Source: an uncultured Candidatus Peregrinibacteria bacterium
GTDB taxonomy: Bacteria; Patescibacteriota; Gracilibacteria; Peribacterales; Peribacteraceae
Assembly (NCBI GenBank): GCA_903854335.1
Contig: CAINVY010000010.1
Location: forward strand, 69,060 to 133,059
DNA: 64,000 nt
Reading direction: 5' to 3'
The first letter of the stretch is position 1. Every line of letters starts with the position of its first letter. This document shows positions 18,162 to 26,438 of this stretch, piece after piece. Position numbers and translations under genes: made by a program. The notes beneath the pieces were generated by a model that did no database searches, had not been told where the DNA came from, and was given only the letters and a program-made list of their open reading frames with translations.

Positions 18162-18818
18162 TCAGTGCGAGGATGTCGAGCTACTCGAGCCGAAACGTTT
18201 CTGCCATCGCATTTGCTGCCGGTACATCAATCCTCCGGAACCCGTCTTGAAAGGATTCTTGAGGCCACCGCCAAAGGGGTGGAATCCGCCCATCATCCCG
18301 CGTCCGCCCATCATCGAGCCGGAACCCGCATCGGGCTTTCCTCCCGAACTGCGCATCATACCCTCACCACCCATCATCGGGCCGATGCCGAGCCCAAATC
18401 CGTCGAGACCTTTCCATCCATGGACATTGCCGCACGCTGTTGTCACAGCACTCATCGCCGACTGCATATCCGCTGCCGACGTCTGCCACGCCGTCTTCGA
18501 TGCCGCCACGAAATCATCATTGGCCTTCTTCACCGCCGCTTGACGCTGCGTATCATCCGCAACCGCTGCCGCAGCCTTGAGAGCGATACTTCGTGCCTGC
18601 AACGCGGACTTCTGAGCCGCTGAGAAAACATCGAAATGCGCCAAATACGTATCCTCAAGCCCGGACATGGCGAGGACGCACGCCTGAGTGAGCGCGGGAC
18701 GTGCCGATGAAGTCGACGATGATCCATCTGCCTGTGCGCTCGTAATCTCCGTAAGAAGAGGAACGGCCAAGGTGAGAGCCACTGCTCCGGCAATCGCTCC
18801 GATGAAAAATTTCTTCAT
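18162..18818 (-). CDS. secreted protein with Met/Gly-rich C-terminal region (hypothetical)
   Basis: Signal peptide MKKFFIGAIAGAVALTLAVPLLTEITSAQA. Helical middle region. C-terminal GPMMGGEGMMRSSGG...GSMMGGRGMMGGFHPFGGG. Confidence 0.5.
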   Translation of the reverse strand: MKKFFIGAIAGAVALTLAVPLLTEITSAQADGSSSTSSARPALTQACVLAMSGLEDTYLAHFDVFSAAQKSALQARSIALKAAAAVADDTQRQAAVKKANDDFVAASKTAWQTSAADMQSAMSAVTTACGNVHGWKGLDGFGLGIGPMMGGEGMMRSSGGKPDAGSGSMMGGRGMMGGFHPFGGGLKNPFKTGSGGLMYRQQMRWQKRFGSSSSTSSH

Positions 18819-18914
18819 AGGTGAGAGGGGAAAAAGTACACGACTATTTTCCCACGGTAACCCTTAAGAACGCGTTAAGGGGATTAACGTCTTCCAGAAA
18901 GGAAAACTCGCTCC

Positions 18915-19316
18915 TCACTCCGTCGTCTCACCCTCGAATTCTTCCTCATTCGTCTCGGCGTCGTGCTTGGTCGCTCGGACGATGCCATCCTTGTGGTGCG
19001 CCGGAGAGTAGATCGTATACATCTTCAAGTCGTCGGTGGCAGAGGTGTTGATGACATTGTGCTGCGCCCCCGCCGGTACCACGATCGCAGATCCATCACG
19101 CACCGCGTACTCGTTTCCGTCGATGATGCACTTCCCCTCGCCCTTCTCAAAGCGAAAGAATTGATCGTTGTCCGGATGGACCTCCATACCGATTTCTTCC
19201 AGGGGCTTGAGGCTCATCAGCACGAGTTGACAATGATGTGCCGTGTAGAGCACCTTGCGGAAGTTTTCATTGCTGATCGTTTCTTGCTCGATGTTGGCAT
19301 GGAATCCTTTTTTCAT
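18915..19316 (-). CDS. cupin-domain protein
   Basis: GMEVHPDNDQFFRFEKGEGK...AIVVPAGAQHNV fits the two cupin motifs. ATG at 19316 (MKKGFHANIEQ). Confidence 0.75.
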   Translation of the reverse strand: MKKGFHANIEQETISNENFRKVLYTAHHCQLVLMSLKPLEEIGMEVHPDNDQFFRFEKGEGKCIIDGNEYAVRDGSAIVVPAGAQHNVINTSATDDLKMYTIYSPAHHKDGIVRATKHDAETNEEEFEGETTE

Positions 19317-19422
19317 AGTAGCACGATTGTAACGCGAGTTACTCGCGCAGTACAGAATTATCTTGTACAATTCACTTGTGATTCCCTCCTCTGCACTTCA
19401 TCTGATTTCCGCGGCTCATCTC

Positions 19423-19620
19423 ATGCAGCTCACGGGGCTCATCGTCGTCCTGGCACTCTTCGATGCCGCGATGAAGGGATGGGGAATGTGGCGCGCCGCG
19501 CGCATGGGGAAAAACATGTGGTTCATCGCACTTCTGATCGTGAACTCACTCGGCATCCTGCCCATCATCTTCCTGCTCGTGACGAAGAAGGAGTATGCGA
19601 AGATCGAGAAGAGGCGCTAG
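19423..19620 (+). CDS. small two-TM membrane protein (hypothetical)
   Basis: MQLTGLIVVLALFDAAMKGWGMWRAARMGKNMWFIALLIVNSLGILPIIFLLV. Start ATG 19423 chosen within ORF 19363..19620. Confidence 0.45.
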   Translation: MQLTGLIVVLALFDAAMKGWGMWRAARMGKNMWFIALLIVNSLGILPIIFLLVTKKEYAKIEKRR

Positions 19621-19630
19621 AAAAGCAGAT

Positions 19631-19659
19631 TTGCAATGGCGGCTCGATTCTGATATAAT
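19631..19659 (+). promoter_or_regulatory. sigma70-like promoter (extended -10)
   Basis: TTGCAA (19631-19636), a 17-nt spacer, then TGATATAAT with TATAAT at 19654-19659. It lies 32 nt upstream of ATG 19692. Confidence 0.45.
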
Positions 19660-19691
19660 ACTTGTTGTAATTTTATTACACAAAAATAATA

Positions 19692-20435
19692 ATGCGCACC
19701 TTCATGATTGCCGAACGTCGTCTCTGTTTCTTCAATGGAACTGCCGAAGTTTCTGGAAGCGGAGAAAAGCCGCAGGAAACATTTGAGAATTTGCAGACTT
19801 CCGTAAAGCAACTCCTGGAAAAATACGGCGATGTATCTCAAGAAATGCAGAAAAAATATTCAAAAAACACCACAAGAACTCTGGATCGGATCAAGCAGTA
19901 CAGGGAGATCGAAGCGACGTTGCTCGCAAAGCTCAAGGCAGATCCGACGCAGCGCACAGCTATAACCTCTGAACTACAGCAAGTGATTGCCGAACTTCAT
20001 GATTCCCTCACGCACAATACGTACATACGAGAGCTCTATCCTCATCGCAATCGTTTCGATACCGATGAAGAGCATGCGGAGGTCTTGCGCCTCGGAGCTG
20101 AACACCTGAAAGATATCAAAGAACAACGAGCCCAAGAGCAGAGAAATCGAAAAACGATGGAAGGGCAATCGCGAGAGGCTGAGCAAAAGTGGCTATCGAA
20201 TGAATTTGATACGGAGGTTTCCTATCTGCTTATTCTTTCACAGCAAGGTGCTGACTACACTATTTCAAAATCGGTTGATCGCCTCATGAGCAATCTGGCT
20301 CTCCTCAAAATAGTGAAGCAAGACAAATTGGGGGAGTTCATCAAGGGTATTGATTGGCAAATACAGAATAATTCCAACCTCACCCCCGCAACGAAAGAGA
20401 AGCTGCAATCATTGAGAAAAGAGTTGGCACCTTAA
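19692..20435 (+). CDS. hypothetical coiled-coil protein (A+T-richer gene)
   Basis: 247-aa ORF, K/E/Q-rich and helical. No family recognised. Composition is visibly more A+T-rich than the flanking core genes. Confidence 0.5.
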   Translation: MRTFMIAERRLCFFNGTAEVSGSGEKPQETFENLQTSVKQLLEKYGDVSQEMQKKYSKNTTRTLDRIKQYREIEATLLAKLKADPTQRTAITSELQQVIAELHDSLTHNTYIRELYPHRNRFDTDEEHAEVLRLGAEHLKDIKEQRAQEQRNRKTMEGQSREAEQKWLSNEFDTEVSYLLILSQQGADYTISKSVDRLMSNLALLKIVKQDKLGEFIKGIDWQIQNNSNLTPATKEKLQSLRKELAP

Positions 20436-20733
20436 ATCAATTTGTCAGACAGTAGTTTGGATGGCAGAACGAACGGGTCTGACAACATAATACATGAGTC
20501 CCAGACAAGGTTTTTGAGGGGGTCATTTTGAGTACCCGAAGGCCAACGGGTCGGTCGGTCAAATGAGACATTTGAGACAGTACAATAGGGGGGTGTCTCA
20601 TGCTGGACAAACTCAGTATTTTGGCTTAAGAAAGCCAATATATTGCACCAGTTGACTCACAATACGCATTGTTTTCCGCCATCCTATATTCACCCATTTC
20701 CGAATCCTGAATCACACGAGGCGAGGGGGGCGC

Positions 20734-21762
20734 TCACTTTGCCATCGTCCCCATCACGTTCGCGAGGATTTGCGCCATCTCTGCTCGCGTGAGGGAGGCG
20801 GCTCCGTGGAAAGATCCTTGCGGCATGTTGATCCATCCTGCGAGGATGGCCATGCGCACAGAGTTCGCGTGGGAGACCGAGGCGGGAATGGCATTCCAAA
20901 CTGCGGTGTACTCCACCTGAGACTTCGACTTCAAGATCTGCTGCAATCGGTCTGCGTACGCATTAGCGAGAGCCTGGAGGAACTGCCCCTTCGTCACGAC
21001 CGACCCGTCCGAAGGAAGAGCATCGTCGATGGAGGAGAGATCAATACCCAGTGCAGTGAATGCCGCCTTTGCATCTGCAGTCGAGACTGTCCCGGCCGGA
21101 TCGAAACCACCATCGGCTCCGAGCGTCATCCACCCCTTGCTCACAGCTTCCGAGGCAGCCTGCGCATACCAGCTACCAGCGGAAACGCCCGGGAACGGTT
21201 GCGATGCGGAATGGAAGGGAAGCGTGGGAACGGAAGAAGCCCCCGACTGCGCAAGGCGTTGCTGCCTACGCAGGAGCGCACGTTGCTCTGCTGGTGAAAG
21301 CGAAGAGGGAGCCCCTGTCGGCTGGAGAGCCCCGGGAGCACTGGTCGGAGCGAGGTTCTGTTGCTGCCCCTTTACCACCGGAGTTCCCCCGATGTCCGTT
21401 CCATTTCTGTTCGTCCCGCCAGTCGTACCTCTGCTGCCGCCAGTACTGGGCGCAGAAGGGGTCGAAGATGAGGAAGTCGAGGGCCTTGCGCTTAGCGGTA
21501 TCCAGTCCGTCGAGACCTTGTACGAGAGAGAACACGAGCCTCCGCCATTGCTGCAATTGAAGGAGATCCACCCAACCTTGTCCCCCCATGCGTAACCGGA
21601 GAAGTTCCCCGAGGAATCAATCGTCACGGCGACGCTCAGGCGCGAGGACGACAAGCTCACACCCGAGCAGGAAGCCGGGATCACGGAGGCCTTACGCCTC
21701 GCGTCCCTCACATCCGAGGACGACGTCTCTTCTACTTCTCTTCCCTCACCAGACAATGGCAA
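20734..21762 (-). pseudogene. 5'-truncated surface-protein gene (SLH-like C-terminal region)
   Basis: The ORF opens at a TTG, directly at the start of the terminase-like gene, and has no signal peptide. It carries extracytoplasmic features: a GYAWGDKVGWISFN motif, a Ser/Thr/Gly-rich linker, and SLH-like WYAQAASEAVSKGWM and SLTRAEMAQILANVMG. Confidence 0.55.
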
Positions 21763-23369
21763 CGCCTAGGTTCAGTTCTTTCGTGCGCACAATGTGCGAG
21801 CGGATGCTCCATGATCGTCCTTTTCGCAAACAGGTCGTTCGCAAGAGCCACTACTGGTTCTTCCACTTCTACTTCCATCACTACGTCAAACACAAGACTG
21901 CCGCCTTCCAACGGCAGATGTTCCAGATGACGGAGAACGAACTTCTTAGACTCATAGCCATCACGGCGTTCCGTGGGTCAGGCAAGTCGACGATCATGAA
22001 CATGTCGTTCGTTCTCTGGGCGATCCTGGGTATCCGCAAAAAGAAGTTCGTCCTGATCGTCGGGCAGACCCAAGCCCAAGCGCGGCAGCACCTTCGAAAC
22101 ATCAAGGAGGAATTGGAACATAACAAGATTCTTCATCGAGATTTGGGGCCCTTCCGCGAAGTGGAAGACGAGTGGAGAAACAGTTCACTCGTGATACGAA
22201 ACTTCGGTGCCAAGATCATGGCCGTCAGTATCGACCAAGCGGTGCGGGGACTTCGTCATGGACAGTACCGACCGGACTTGATCATTTGTGATGACATCGA
22301 AGACCTCGATTCCGTCCGCTCCCTTGAGGGGCGGGACAAAACGTACCGCTGGGTGAAGGGCGAACTCCTCCCCGCTGGAGACACGGACACCACAGCCGTC
22401 TTCATTGGAAATCTGCTCCACGAGGATTGCCTCTTGAAGCGATTGCAGCAGGAGATTGAAAGTGGAGCGATGGAAGGCATGTATCGGGAATATCCACTCG
22501 TGAGTCCAGACGGAACGTGCTTGTGGTCGGGCAAGTATCCGACTCCGGAAGCGATTGATGCCGAACGCAAGAGAATCGGCAGTGCTTCCGCATGGCACCG
22601 GGAGTATTTGCTCACGATCCTCCCCGACCACGAGCGCCTCATCCATCCCAGCTGGATCCGGTACTACGACTGTCTACCGACTGATACCGAGGATGAACCG
22701 CTTCGCCTCGCTGCCACGGGAATCGACCTCGCGATCTCTCAGAAGGACAGCGCCGACAAGACGGCAATGGTCTCGATGAAGCTCTACGGGTTTGGGGGCG
22801 ACATGCGGCTCTACATCCTCGCCAATCCCGTCAACGAGCAGCTGACCTACCTTCAGACACTCGAGAGGGCGAAGGACGTGTCTCGCGCCGTCGGCGGAGG
22901 CGAGCGGACAAAGCTCTACATCGAGGAGGTCGGCTACCAGTCGGCATTGATTGAGCAATTGAAATTCGACGGCTTTCATGTCGAAGGCGTACCCCCGAAA
23001 GGCCAGGACAAGCGTGCGCGACTTGCCCTCGTCACGCACCTCATCCAGTCCGGCAAGGTGCTCTTCCCTCGTGCAGGCTGCGAGGCGCTCATCACGCAGC
23101 TCACGGGCTTCGGAAGTGAGCGCTATGACGACCTCGCCGATGCCTTTGCAGTCCTGCTCCTGCCGTGCCTCGAGTGGCAGGGCGGATCGCATGCATGGGT
23201 CTGGGAGCTCAATGACAAGCTCACGAAGGAGGAGCAGCTCAAGGAAGAGCGCAAGCGCAGCGGCTTCTTCTATCCCGATCACAGCGACGACAGAGACGGT
23301 GGTTCCTGGTGGGGACAGAGTGCGCTCGGCCCCCTTCACGGCACCAACATTCTCAATGAGCGGTTCTAA
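21756..23369 (+). CDS. terminase large subunit-like ATPase-nuclease, paralog 1
   Basis: Walker A AFRGSGKST. Walker B-like DLIICDDIED. C-terminal RNase-H-like acidic motifs ATGIDLAIS, YIEEVGYQ and YDDLADAF. ATG 21756 chosen by alignment with paralog 2. Confidence 0.7.
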   Translation: MATPRFSSFVRTMCERMLHDRPFRKQVVRKSHYWFFHFYFHHYVKHKTAAFQRQMFQMTENELLRLIAITAFRGSGKSTIMNMSFVLWAILGIRKKKFVLIVGQTQAQARQHLRNIKEELEHNKILHRDLGPFREVEDEWRNSSLVIRNFGAKIMAVSIDQAVRGLRHGQYRPDLIICDDIEDLDSVRSLEGRDKTYRWVKGELLPAGDTDTTAVFIGNLLHEDCLLKRLQQEIESGAMEGMYREYPLVSPDGTCLWSGKYPTPEAIDAERKRIGSASAWHREYLLTILPDHERLIHPSWIRYYDCLPTDTEDEPLRLAATGIDLAISQKDSADKTAMVSMKLYGFGGDMRLYILANPVNEQLTYLQTLERAKDVSRAVGGGERTKLYIEEVGYQSALIEQLKFDGFHVEGVPPKGQDKRARLALVTHLIQSGKVLFPRAGCEALITQLTGFGSERYDDLADAFAVLLLPCLEWQGGSHAWVWELNDKLTKEEQLKEERKRSGFFYPDHSDDRDGGSWWGQSALGPLHGTNILNERF

Positions 23370-23398
23370 TTTTTACTTCTTTCTTTCCCCTTTTTTGT

Positions 23399-24892
23399 AT
23401 GACCACCGATCACCTCACCCCAGACATCAAGAAGCGCATCCTGACCGATCAAATCTTCCGGCGTGCGCTCACGCGGGAGAACCATTACTGTTTTTTCCAC
23501 GTTTACTTCGGACATTACGTGACGTCACCCACGGCTGCATTCCAAAAAGAAATCTTCGGATTCACCGAAGATGAATCCCAGAAGCTCACGGCGATCACAG
23601 CCTTCCGAGGCTCTGCGAAGTCCACCATCATCTCGCTCTCATTCCCTCTCTGGGCAATCCTCGGCAAACCCGGCGTGAAGTTTGTGTTGATCCTTGGACA
23701 GACGCAGTCGCAAGCTCGCCAGCACCTGAAGAACCTGAAGGATGAGATCGAACGAAACGCCCTCCTCCGCAAAGACCTCGGACCGTTTGAGGAGCGCGAG
23801 GATGAGTGGAACTCCTCGTCCATTGTGCTGCCTCTGCTCGGCGCACGTATCACGGCAGCATCGACTGAAATGAGTGTGCGAGGCATTCGACATGGACCGT
23901 ACCGCCCCCAGCTCATCATCTGCGACGACATCGAAGACCTGCAGTCGGTGAAAACGAGAGAAGGGAGAGACAAGACCTACCAGTGGCTCATGGGCGAAGT
24001 GATCCCAGCGGGAGGGCAGAAGACGCGGACGTTTCTCATCGGAAACCTCCTGCACGAAGATTGCTTGCTTAAGAAATTTGAGCGGCACATCCAAGACGGC
24101 TCCATGAGTGGAGTTTACCGAGAGTATCCGCTACTCGATGCTCACGGGAAGGCGCTGTGGCCCGGGAAGTACCCGACCGAGGCATCCATCCTCGAAGAGA
24201 AATCACGCATCGGGAGTGAGGCGGCATGGCATAGGGAATTCTTGCTGCGCATTCTCGCAGACACCGAGTGCGTCATTCATCCCGGATGGATTCAGTACTA
24301 CGAGCAATTCCCGGCTGAACAGAATGGTTGCCATTTCCACTGTACGGGGACGGGCATCGACCTTGCCATCTCCCTGAATGACAGCGCGGACTTCACCGCG
24401 ATGGTGTCGGCGAAGCTCTACTTCATCGATGGGAAAATCCGCATCTTCATCCTGCCCAATCCCATCAACGAGCGCCTCACGGCGCTCGATACCCTCGAGC
24501 GTGCCAAGCAGGTGGCCGACATGACGGGCGGCGGCGACAAGTCCATTCTCTACATCGAGGACGTCGGCTATCAGTCCTCCTTGGTGGAGCATCTGAAGGA
24601 GAACGGCAATGAAGCCGAGGCAGTGAAGGTGAAGGGGCAGGATAAGAGGGGTAGGCTCGCGCTCACCTCGCATGCCGTCCAATCCGGCCAAGTGCTCTTT
24701 CCGAGGGAAGGGGCAGAAAACTTGATCGCCCAGCTCGTGCATTTCGGCGTTGAGAAGCATGACGACTTGGCTGATGCCTTCTCACTGCTTATTCTCAAGG
24801 CGCTTGAGGAGCGACAAACGAGCGTCGGATTCTGCATGATCGGATTCGATGGCTCCGTGCACGGATGGGACAGTGTGCGTGGCAAATACTAG
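23399..24892 (+). CDS. terminase large subunit-like ATPase-nuclease, paralog 2
   Basis: Collinear with paralog 1; roughly half the residues are identical by eye. AFRGSAKST, QLIICDDIED, GTGIDLAIS, YIEDVGYQ, HDDLADAF. Confidence 0.7.
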   Translation: MTTDHLTPDIKKRILTDQIFRRALTRENHYCFFHVYFGHYVTSPTAAFQKEIFGFTEDESQKLTAITAFRGSAKSTIISLSFPLWAILGKPGVKFVLILGQTQSQARQHLKNLKDEIERNALLRKDLGPFEEREDEWNSSSIVLPLLGARITAASTEMSVRGIRHGPYRPQLIICDDIEDLQSVKTREGRDKTYQWLMGEVIPAGGQKTRTFLIGNLLHEDCLLKKFERHIQDGSMSGVYREYPLLDAHGKALWPGKYPTEASILEEKSRIGSEAAWHREFLLRILADTECVIHPGWIQYYEQFPAEQNGCHFHCTGTGIDLAISLNDSADFTAMVSAKLYFIDGKIRIFILPNPINERLTALDTLERAKQVADMTGGGDKSILYIEDVGYQSSLVEHLKENGNEAEAVKVKGQDKRGRLALTSHAVQSGQVLFPREGAENLIAQLVHFGVEKHDDLADAFSLLILKALEERQTSVGFCMIGFDGSVHGWDSVRGKY

Positions 24893-24936
24893 ATTGGAAG
24901 GAGTTTTAAGGGCAATGAAAGGAGGATTCAAACATC

Positions 24937-24966
24937 AAAGCCGCTTCCTGACGGAAAGCGGCTTTT
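24937..24966 (+). terminator. intrinsic terminator after the terminase-like pair
   Basis: aaagccgc (24937-24944) pairs with gcggcttt (24958-24965), with a 13-nt loop. The stem runs into a tttt tract. Confidence 0.6.
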
Positions 24967-25062
24967 GAGCGATATTTCGATGCTCAAAGCGGGCTTTTGC
25001 GCTGGATACCAAGGGGATATTGCGGCATTGCTGTGAGTACCTATTTCCTTCCCACATTTCCT

Positions 25063-26430
25063 ATGGAAATCGCCTCCCTCAACAAGAGACGTGCTCAAAA
25101 AACACCAACGATCGAGACGGTTCACATCGATCTCACGCCCCCCTTCGACAAGTCGACAGGGGCAGTGCGCTACTGCTTGTATGCAAGGAAATCGAGCGAG
25201 GATGACGAGCGACAGGCGCTCAGTATCGATTCCCAAGTGAAGGCAATGTTGGAACTCGCCAAAAAGGAAGGGCTCGAGATTGCGGAGGTACGAAGAGAAA
25301 GCCACTCAGCGAAAGCAACGAGCGGGCGTCCGGTGTTCAACCAACTCGTCATTGATATCCGGAGTGGAATGTTCAACGGATTGCTGACGTGGGCTGCAGA
25401 CAGAATTTCTCGAAACGCCGGAGACCTTGGAAGCGTGATCGATCTCATGGATCAAGGTCACTTAACTGAGATCCGTTGCCACAGTCAGCGGTTTACCAAT
25501 AACCCCAATGAGAAATTTCTACTCATGATTCTTTGCAGCCAGGCGAAGCTCGAGAACGATAATCGAGGGATCAATACGAAGCGGGGCATGAAGACGAGGG
25601 CCGAGATGGGACATCGCCCCTGTATCCCTGCCTTAGGTTATGCTCTGGAGAAGCGACCGGAGGACAAGAAAAACAGAGTCATCCCTGATCCAATCCGAGG
25701 AGCATTCGTGAGACAGGCCTTTGAGAAGGTGGCCTATCAGCATACATCGGGGCGGCAACTCCATCGATGGATGCAGGAGGTGGGATTCACAACGAAGCTA
25801 GGGAGGGTCATTACACTGAGCATGATTTACAGGATGCTGAGAAACTCTTTCTATACGGGGAAGTTCGAGTACCCGGTCGGGAGCGGGAATTGGTATCAGG
25901 GCACCTACGAACCGCTCGTCCCTCAGCATCTCTTTGAAGAGGTCGGAAAGGTACTCGATATGGCACCGAAGAAGAAATGGGGCACGAAGGAATTCGCCTT
26001 CACAAAGATGATGATCTGCGGACAATGCGGATCCGGGATCACCGCCGAGGAGAAGCACAAGCGGATGAAAGACGGAAGCATACGGAAGTACGTGTACTAC
26101 CGCTGCAGTCACGCGAAGGATCTCACCTGCAAAGAAGGATCGATACGGGAAGACGCATTACTGGAGCGACTGCTAGAAATCATCGACGAGGTGGACCTGG
26201 ATAAGCTGGGGATGAAACAGCGCCTCCAAGAGGAGGTGGCACGCTACGAGAAATTCACGACAGGAGTCTTGGGGCAGACAGTCGGAGCGAAGATGCCAAA
26301 GGTCGATATCAAGACCTACGCGAAGTACATCCTGCAACAGGGAAAGATGGAGGAAAAACGCGAGCTGCTCTCCTGCCTAAAAAGCAAACTGGTGCTGAGG
26401 GATGGAATCCTGGAACTTACAAAGTCCTGA
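25063..26430 (+). CDS. large serine recombinase (integrase)
   Basis: Resolvase catalytic domain YARKSSEDDERQALSIDSQ and LLTWAADRISRN. A recombinase domain. Zinc ribbon CGQCGSGITAE...YYRCSH. Coiled-coil C-terminus. ATG 25063; the track start at 24997 is TTG. Confidence 0.85.
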   Translation: MEIASLNKRRAQKTPTIETVHIDLTPPFDKSTGAVRYCLYARKSSEDDERQALSIDSQVKAMLELAKKEGLEIAEVRRESHSAKATSGRPVFNQLVIDIRSGMFNGLLTWAADRISRNAGDLGSVIDLMDQGHLTEIRCHSQRFTNNPNEKFLLMILCSQAKLENDNRGINTKRGMKTRAEMGHRPCIPALGYALEKRPEDKKNRVIPDPIRGAFVRQAFEKVAYQHTSGRQLHRWMQEVGFTTKLGRVITLSMIYRMLRNSFYTGKFEYPVGSGNWYQGTYEPLVPQHLFEEVGKVLDMAPKKKWGTKEFAFTKMMICGQCGSGITAEEKHKRMKDGSIRKYVYYRCSHAKDLTCKEGSIREDALLERLLEIIDEVDLDKLGMKQRLQEEVARYEKFTTGVLGQTVGAKMPKVDIKTYAKYILQQGKMEEKRELLSCLKSKLVLRDGILELTKS

Positions 26431-26438
26431 TGCAGGAT

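Larger units (their letters stand above)
21756..26430 (+). mobile_element. compact integrative cassette or prophage remnant: two terminase-large-subunit-like genes plus a large serine recombinase
   Basis: Three co-oriented genes. The left edge coincides with truncation of a surface-protein gene. The right edge lies 8 nt from a convergent stop codon. No portal, capsid, tail or small-terminase ORFs occur in the window. Confidence 0.55.

Noticed and set aside
24915-24968. 17-codon mini-ORF MKGGFKHQSRFLTESGF with an AAGGAG upstream
   Set aside because: Its 3' half is the stem-loop of the predicted terminator (24937-24966). There is no independent support, so it is most likely non-coding.
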